Origin: Eledone cirrhosa
Lineage: Eukaryota
Assembly (NCBI GenBank): GCA_964016885.1
Contig: OZ024740.1
Location: 40,734,001-40,798,000, forward strand
Reading direction: 5' to 3'
DNA length: 64,000 bases
In this document: piece after piece, positions 63,001 to 64,000 of the stretch
How the letters are laid out: each line of letters starts with the position of its first letter
Position numbering within the stretch: the stretch's first letter is position 1
Notes under the pieces: generated by a model
What the model was told of the DNA's origin: nothing
Seen by the model: the letters and a program-made list of their open reading frames with translations, nothing else
Databases searched by the model: none
Made by a program: the position numbers and the translations under genes

Positions 63001-63415
63001 GAGGTTGTCATGTTTTTGATACACTTTAATTGGCAAGTTTTCTATGATTGGATGCTCTTCCTATCACTAACCACTTTCCAGCATGCCCTGGGTATTTTTA
63101 TTGTGTAGATCACCAACATTAGGGAAGTTATCATGTCTTTGACACAACTGAAGGATCTTCCCAACCCTTTGTTTGGTAAGCTTTCTATTCCTATCACCAT
63201 ATAAAACATATAATTACTGGTTAAAAAATCTTACTTGGCACTTCAAGTTTTCTGTATTAGTTGTCGATACAGTGTTAATAAGATCGTCTCCCTTTCGTTT
63301 CTTTTGTTGGTCCCCAATGCTGGATAATTTGACAACTTCATAATCTTGTTTCTTCACTCCAATACTACTAATCTGGCTTCTTTGTTCAATTTTTCTGATT
63401 TTTTTATGTCGGTCA
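27568..63415 (-). CDS. SPIDR: SPIDR (scaffold protein involved in DNA repair, KIAA0146) orthologue; 18 coding exons in window, N-terminus beyond the right edge
   Basis: Manual splicing gives one open frame of about 834 aa with all intron phases compatible and GT-AG ends. Motifs appear in the same order as recalled human SPIDR: DSAKKK..GGLAAKL, IYPPWQ, FSIID..W, FCYEI, VHGVVYSVDQDKAVIWQTCPKC..FCLVC, GYDVSTVLGQQLGPLIC..LEEIRLV*. Confidence 0.9.
27805..27963 (+). mobile_element. RTE-type LINE ORF2 C-terminal fragment (distinct family)
   Basis: Translates KPRGRPRARLLDSIHELGLFRLGIQPDQLGRVASDWTCWKACL, a typical RTE C-terminus; GC-rich island in a small intron. Confidence 0.7.
28087..28137 (-). CDS. 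SPIDR: SPIDR exon (LQQQTIESLLPKDNSED), phase 0 to 0
   Basis: Acceptor cttcttacttatag, donor GTAAGT; 51 bp; resembles LLQRSISSLL. Confidence 0.87.
28420..28990 (+). mobile_element. Old RTE C-terminal remnant plus RTE-3'UTR-like element
   Basis: LKLTEEMKKCDEWRDAVLKK at about 28.45-28.53 kb; CACCCAGTACACTCTGTAAAATGGTT motif and (GAT)n tail at 28.78-28.99 kb. Confidence 0.55.
29034..29148 (-). CDS. SPIDR: SPIDR exon (CLFCLVCNCQV...PGNYQVTVN), phase 2 to 0
   Basis: Acceptor ttctatttgtag, donor GTAGGT; an in-frame alternative donor GTAACA lies 12 nt upstream; second CxxC. Confidence 0.87.
29725..31957 (-). mobile_element. 5'-truncated RTE LINE, family A (RT + PHD-like finger + C-terminus + 3' UTR)
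   Basis: RT motifs QFGF, FVDLEKAFD, GVHQGSVLSP, LYADD; one nonsense change (AGA>TGA at 30,380 relative to the 38.47 kb copy); GRPRKTW C-terminus; (GAT)n tail. Confidence 0.97.
31968..32035. repeat. (TA)n microsatellite
   Basis: About 34 perfect TA units. Confidence 0.99.
32036..34563 (+). mobile_element. Degenerate CR1/L2-type LINE ORF2 (APE endonuclease C-terminal part + RT)
   Basis: PTR..NTLDL..SDH, PGLDG, YLDFAKAF, GVPQGSVLGP, YADD, ERDLG, TRGH, FFTLRV..WNKLP; frameshifts and internal deletions; (ATT)n tail. Confidence 0.95.
34870..35490 (-). mobile_element. Penelope-like element remnant (GIY-YIG endonuclease region)
   Basis: FKQRFYLHLSSFRH..T.LAKRVWQLKE..PYKHGMKRCLLCL; upstream IIWFAPPF and C..C.CPL..C segments. 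Confidence 0.85.
35762..35861 (-). CDS. SPIDR: SPIDR exon (VVYSVDQDKAVIWQTCPKC...NDE), phase 1 to 2
   Basis: Acceptor ataacaatag, donor GTAATT; 100 bp; first CxxC of the zinc ribbon. Confidence 0.9.
35862..36262. repeat. Minisatellite of about 32-35 bp (CATATTTCACATTACATCTGTTGTTATAACAACAC), about 12 units
   Basis: Tandem periodicity visible; abuts an exon acceptor. Confidence 0.95.
36320..36715 (-). mobile_element. Old RTE-3'UTR-like element with internal repeats of about 46 bp
   Basis: (CAT)n, CCATGCTAGCATGG, GGATGCCCTTCCTAA and repeated ACAG..GGACTGGGTGC units. Confidence 0.75.
37110..37395 (+). mobile_element. Old RTE-3'UTR-like element
   Basis: CACCCAG..CTGTAAAGTGG repeats, GGTGTTAGG..GGCAT, (GAT)n tail. 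Confidence 0.7.
37626..37805 (-). CDS. SPIDR: SPIDR exon (CTTVADKFT...VYSLVKVH), phase 1 to 1
   Basis: Acceptor atattttcag, donor GTAATT; 180 bp. Confidence 0.87.
37824..38492 (-). mobile_element. RTE family A 3' fragment
   Basis: Highly similar to 29,725-30,400; GRPRKIWDD C-terminus; (CAT)n tail. Confidence 0.95.
38493..38721. repeat. 61-bp AT-rich minisatellite, about 3.7 units
   Basis: TTATAATT..AGTCCATTCTAAAAATAT unit starts at 38,493, 38,553, 38,614 and 38,675. Confidence 0.92.
38905..39225 (-). mobile_element. tRNA-derived SINE (second family)
   Basis: Reverse-complement similarity to 43,608-43,950 (CAGCTGAGTGGACTG..AAGTGCTTTATTCAAGAACAC). Confidence 0.7.
39400..39680 (+). mobile_element. 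Old RTE-3'UTR-like element
   Basis: Three CACACTGTAAAGTGG-like units, GGTGTTAGGAAGGGCATCCAGC, (GAT)n tail. Confidence 0.75.
39879..40065 (-). CDS. SPIDR: SPIDR exon (CMVDQD...LYMTDSS...IKDVLIQQ), phase 0 to 1
   Basis: Acceptor gtattttacag, donor GTAAGT; 187 bp. Confidence 0.87.
40340..40645 (-). mobile_element. mariner transposase remnant
   Basis: DPEFLNTVIAEDEMWVYGYNPETKAQS and WQLHHDNAPS motifs (first and second catalytic Asp regions), internally deleted. Confidence 0.85.
40875..43335. repeat. 66-bp minisatellite, about 37 units
   Basis: Unit TTATATTTAAAGACATTGCCGCCCAGCTCTCATTTTGACAGCCCCACTGATAGAATTAGGACAGTC; no frame-breaking indels; produces the 819-aa repeat ORF. Confidence 0.99.
43444..43506 (-). 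CDS. SPIDR: SPIDR exon (TNECIGQRVTFMGKLVYNWSK), phase 0 to 0
   Basis: Acceptor ttattatttcag, donor GTTAGA; 63 bp; OB-fold first-strand-like. Confidence 0.83.
43608..43950 (+). mobile_element. tRNA-derived SINE (second family)
   Basis: A/B-box-like head, GTGTCCTTGAGCAAGACACTTTA core, CCAGTTCACTCAGCTG. Confidence 0.75.
44493..44630 (-). CDS. SPIDR: SPIDR exon (NTPGFCYEI...KSFQQK), phase 0 to 0
   Basis: Acceptor ttgttttcag, donor GTATGT; 138 bp. Confidence 0.85.
44727..45380. repeat. Compound 24-bp / 22-bp minisatellite
   Basis: GGTCAACATCTCTATATTGGTGTG (24 bp) grades into GGTCAACAGCTATAGTGGTGTG (22 bp). Confidence 0.97.
45566..45626. repeat. (GA)n microsatellite
   Basis: Perfect GA run. Confidence 0.99.
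46155..46278 (-). CDS. SPIDR: SPIDR exon (DPDLFSIIDIAW...SVAR), phase 2 to 0
   Basis: Acceptor tttgtttttcag, donor GTAAGA; 124 bp. Confidence 0.88.
46830..46985 (-). mobile_element. tRNA-SINE copy (Meta-like), degenerate
   Basis: AAGGATGAAAGCCAAAGTTGACC..GGATTTGAACT. Confidence 0.7.
47170..47348 (-). mobile_element. tRNA-SINE copy (Meta-like)
   Basis: GGCACAAGGCC..CTGGTACTTTATTTTATCGACCCC..GATGAAAGGCAAAG. Confidence 0.85.
47418..47582 (-). CDS. SPIDR: SPIDR exon (WSVLVEDTQGTVCLVHL...GMRVLSRANRH), phase 2 to 2
   Basis: Acceptor atatttcag, donor GTTAAG; 165 bp; resembles LLVQDACG..GMKVL. Confidence 0.9.
47741..48071. repeat. Local inverted repeat (arms about 110 bp, spacer about 105 bp) built from RTE-3'UTR-like sequence
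   Basis: TTTTTGTAGTACCACCACTACAACCGA on the left arm is the exact reverse complement of TCGGTTGTAGTGGTGGTACTACAAAAA on the right; CTTGGTTTCTA/TAGAAACCAAG mark the outer ends. Confidence 0.88.
48150..48726 (-). mobile_element. RTE family A 3' fragment
   Basis: MKDDSCIKKC..GRPRKTWDD; 3' UTR; (CAT)n tail. Confidence 0.95.
48910..49190 (-). mobile_element. Old RTE-3'UTR-like element
   Basis: GGATGCCCTTCCTAA and repeated TTTACAGAGTGTACTGG units. Confidence 0.7.
49187..49421. repeat. 15-bp minisatellite (CTAGAGAAGTTGCCA), about 15 units
   Basis: 15-bp periodicity gives the LEKLP-like repeat ORF. Confidence 0.93.
49507..49748 (-). CDS. SPIDR: SPIDR exon (TSKSRPP...TILDSIQ...AIVLRVF...ENLT), phase 0 to 2
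   Basis: Acceptor tttattgcag; donor GTTTGT is weaker and was chosen by phase; 242 bp. Confidence 0.8.
50020..50473 (-). mobile_element. CRE-clade non-LTR retrotransposon 3' fragment (restriction-like endonuclease)
   Basis: GKRPDGLTLCPW /frameshift/ RGRFLVWDVTVSD..K..KY..FQPVAFETFG..FQRISLAI, a PD-(D/E)xK REL domain. Confidence 0.88.
50966..51052. repeat. G-run plus (GA)n microsatellite
   Basis: Seen directly. Confidence 0.97.
51055..51340 (+). mobile_element. Very old RTE ORF2 remnant
   Basis: LRKLESGRAGGPIGVVED resembles KDMKTGKAAGPSEIVAE of family A. Confidence 0.55.
51635..51850 (-). mobile_element. tRNA-SINE copy (Meta-like)
   Basis: Same core as 47,170. Confidence 0.8.
51881..52101. 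mobile_element. piggyBac-like MITE, inverted relative to the 26,957 copy
   Basis: TTAA-CCCTTTAGCATTT ... AAATGCTAAAGGG-TTAA. Confidence 0.88.
52318..52515. repeat. Tandem repeat of about 70 bp, 3 units
   Basis: CACAGGTGGCAGATAG at about 52,320, 52,389 and 52,462. Confidence 0.85.
52869..52933 (-). CDS. SPIDR: SPIDR exon (ALLKQCPAHACPSLTKCPALF), phase 1 to 0
   Basis: Acceptor gattcttacag, donor GTAAGT; 65 bp; bridges the phases of the flanking exons exactly. Confidence 0.75.
53381..53763 (+). mobile_element. RTE family B short 3' fragment
   Basis: Near-identical to 54,604-55,000; (GAT)n tail. Confidence 0.93.
53841..55006 (+). mobile_element. RTE family B 3' portion (PHD-like finger, C-terminus, 3' UTR)
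   Basis: Near-perfect reverse complement of 60,344-61,502. Confidence 0.97.
55097..55260 (-). CDS. SPIDR: SPIDR exon (QELSLRGDSGKVLLCTDYC...WNCPCSP), phase 2 to 1
   Basis: Acceptor ttttatgttaatag, donor GTATGT; 164 bp; completes PPW-Q. Confidence 0.88.
55445..55725 (-). mobile_element. Old RTE remnant with short internal tandem duplications
   Basis: TGTCCACACCAGTGCAG..ACATCAATGGAGCATGCTAGCTTCATTTCTCTC resembles the RTE RLERNEA/RWYGH region. Confidence 0.55.
56005..56212 (-). CDS. SPIDR: SPIDR exon (CSEMLTL...IQIYPPW), phase 1 to 2
   Basis: Acceptor ctattaaacag, donor GTAAGT; 208 bp; IYPPW motif. Confidence 0.9.
57185..57276 (-). CDS. SPIDR: SPIDR exon (GGLAAKLSRFQARSRVDSNIRWYQ...), phase 2 to 1
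   Basis: Acceptor ttaattccag, donor GTATAT; 92 bp; resembles the GGLAERL..RERSAISLW motif. Confidence 0.88.
57455..58300 (-). mobile_element. Old RTE 3' region (UTR repeats and degenerate ORF end)
   Basis: Repeated TTACAGAGTGT..GGGTGC..GGCACCA units; ACATGTTCATACCA corresponds to WYxHV. Confidence 0.6.
58600..58778 (-). mobile_element. tRNA-SINE copy (Meta-like)
   Basis: Same core as 47,170. Confidence 0.85.
58852..59069 (-). CDS. SPIDR: SPIDR exon (TINSD...DSAKKKHKYI), phase 0 to 2
   Basis: Acceptor catcttttccag, donor GTAGGT; 218 bp; DSAKKK motif. Confidence 0.85.
59250..59410 (-). mobile_element. tRNA-SINE copy (Meta-like)
   Basis: Same core, degenerate. Confidence 0.75.
59454..59540 (-). 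CDS. SPIDR: SPIDR exon (SGISIGNFPSDEE...KEKK), phase 0 to 0
   Basis: Acceptor tctctatttccag, donor GTAAGT; 87 bp, open. Confidence 0.75.
59640..60000 (+). mobile_element. Old RTE-type LINE C-terminal remnant (third family)
   Basis: HVANKLLYGSQPLLSDIIRHGRLTLAGH ... LEDDTGLEARELQTTM. Confidence 0.65.
60100..62960 (+). mobile_element. Old degenerate RTE LINE split by the younger family-B insertion
   Basis: NYRGIKLMDQVMKVT (to about 60,337) resumes as VITQLI..QFGFVPG (from about 61,947), then FADLEK, YADD and the Cys finger; many stops. Confidence 0.88.
60344..61921 (-). mobile_element. 5'-truncated young RTE LINE, family B, with uninterrupted ORF2 C-terminal half
   Basis: 426-aa ORF: FVDLEKAFD, GVHQGSVLSP, YADD, CSVC/CPKC/HKRC/CSSC finger, GRPKMTW; (GAT)n tail. 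Confidence 0.97.
63235..63415 (-). CDS. SPIDR: SPIDR exon (DRHKKIRK...NLKCQ), phase 2 to 0
   Basis: Acceptor ttttcttgttag, donor GTAAGA; 181 bp, open and phase-compatible; poorly conserved region. Confidence 0.7.
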
Positions 63416-63486
63416 CTAACAAGAAAATTACAAAATATCAGAGAAAATAATAAAAATATCTACAGAACCTAAAAAAAATAATCATA

Positions 63487-63910
63487 TGGTTGTGCAGTTA
63501 AGTAGTTTGTTTTGCAACCACATAGTTTAGGGTTCAATCTAACTGTGCAGCACCTTAAACAAGTGTCTTCTACTATAGCCTTAGTTTCATCAATATTTTG
63601 TGAATGAATTTGGTCAACAGCAACTGTGAGGAAGCCTGTTATATACATGTACCAAGTTGCATCTTATAGGAGGTTTCTCATGTGTTTTAATGATAGGAGC
63701 CACAAGTCTATCATGAAAAATATGAAATGAAGCATCTTGTTCAATAACATACCACACTACTCGGTCCAGGAACTGAACCCATGGTTTTATAATCGTGAAT
63801 CCTATACATTAACTACTAGGTCATGTGCTTTCACTACATCTGTCCCAGTATATTACAGGTATTATTTTATTGATTCCCAGAGTGATGAAAGGCAAACTCA
63901 ACACTGGGAA
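63487..63910. mobile_element. Cluster of SINE fragments
   Basis: A plus-strand tRNA-like head with CACCTT..CAAGTGTCTTCTACTATAGCC, a minus-strand fragment of the 43.6-kb family, and a Meta-like core at 63.84 kb. Confidence 0.65.
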
Positions 63911-64000
63911 GAAAATTAAATACATTTAATCTATCTATTGAGGGAGAGGCCTCTCTCAGGCATAACTAGTTATGGATTTTGGTCCCATTGTTGAGTCACC

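Overview
Eukaryotic, AT-rich, transposon-dense DNA. The SINE/LINE repertoire with (CAT)n tails points to an octopus or related cephalopod (inference). Bases 1-26,400 are one giant 41-bp minisatellite of about 640 units, running off the left edge, with nested kb-scale duplications. All the His/Pro/Thr-rich ORFs there are by-products of the repeat. Bases 27,568-63,415 carry a minus-strand multi-exon gene that the ORF track misses. I reconstructed 18 phase-compatible GT-AG exons by hand (about 834 aa, 5' end outside the window). They encode an orthologue of SPIDR/KIAA0146, the homologous-recombination scaffold with C-terminal OB folds and a zinc ribbon. Its introns hold two young RTE LINE families whose ORF2 has a PHD-like C4HC3 finger, a CR1/L2-type LINE inside a (TA)n tract, and Penelope, CRE and mariner remnants. 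They also hold piggyBac-like MITEs, tRNA-SINEs and several minisatellites (66, 61, about 34, 24/22, 15 and about 70 bp units). I see no prokaryote-type system. The best leads are a near-identical inverted RTE pair around five SPIDR exons (dsRNA editing/circRNA candidate), the PHD-bearing RTE ORF2, and the three-frame-open giant minisatellite just downstream of SPIDR. Family assignments are from recalled motifs; no database search was run.
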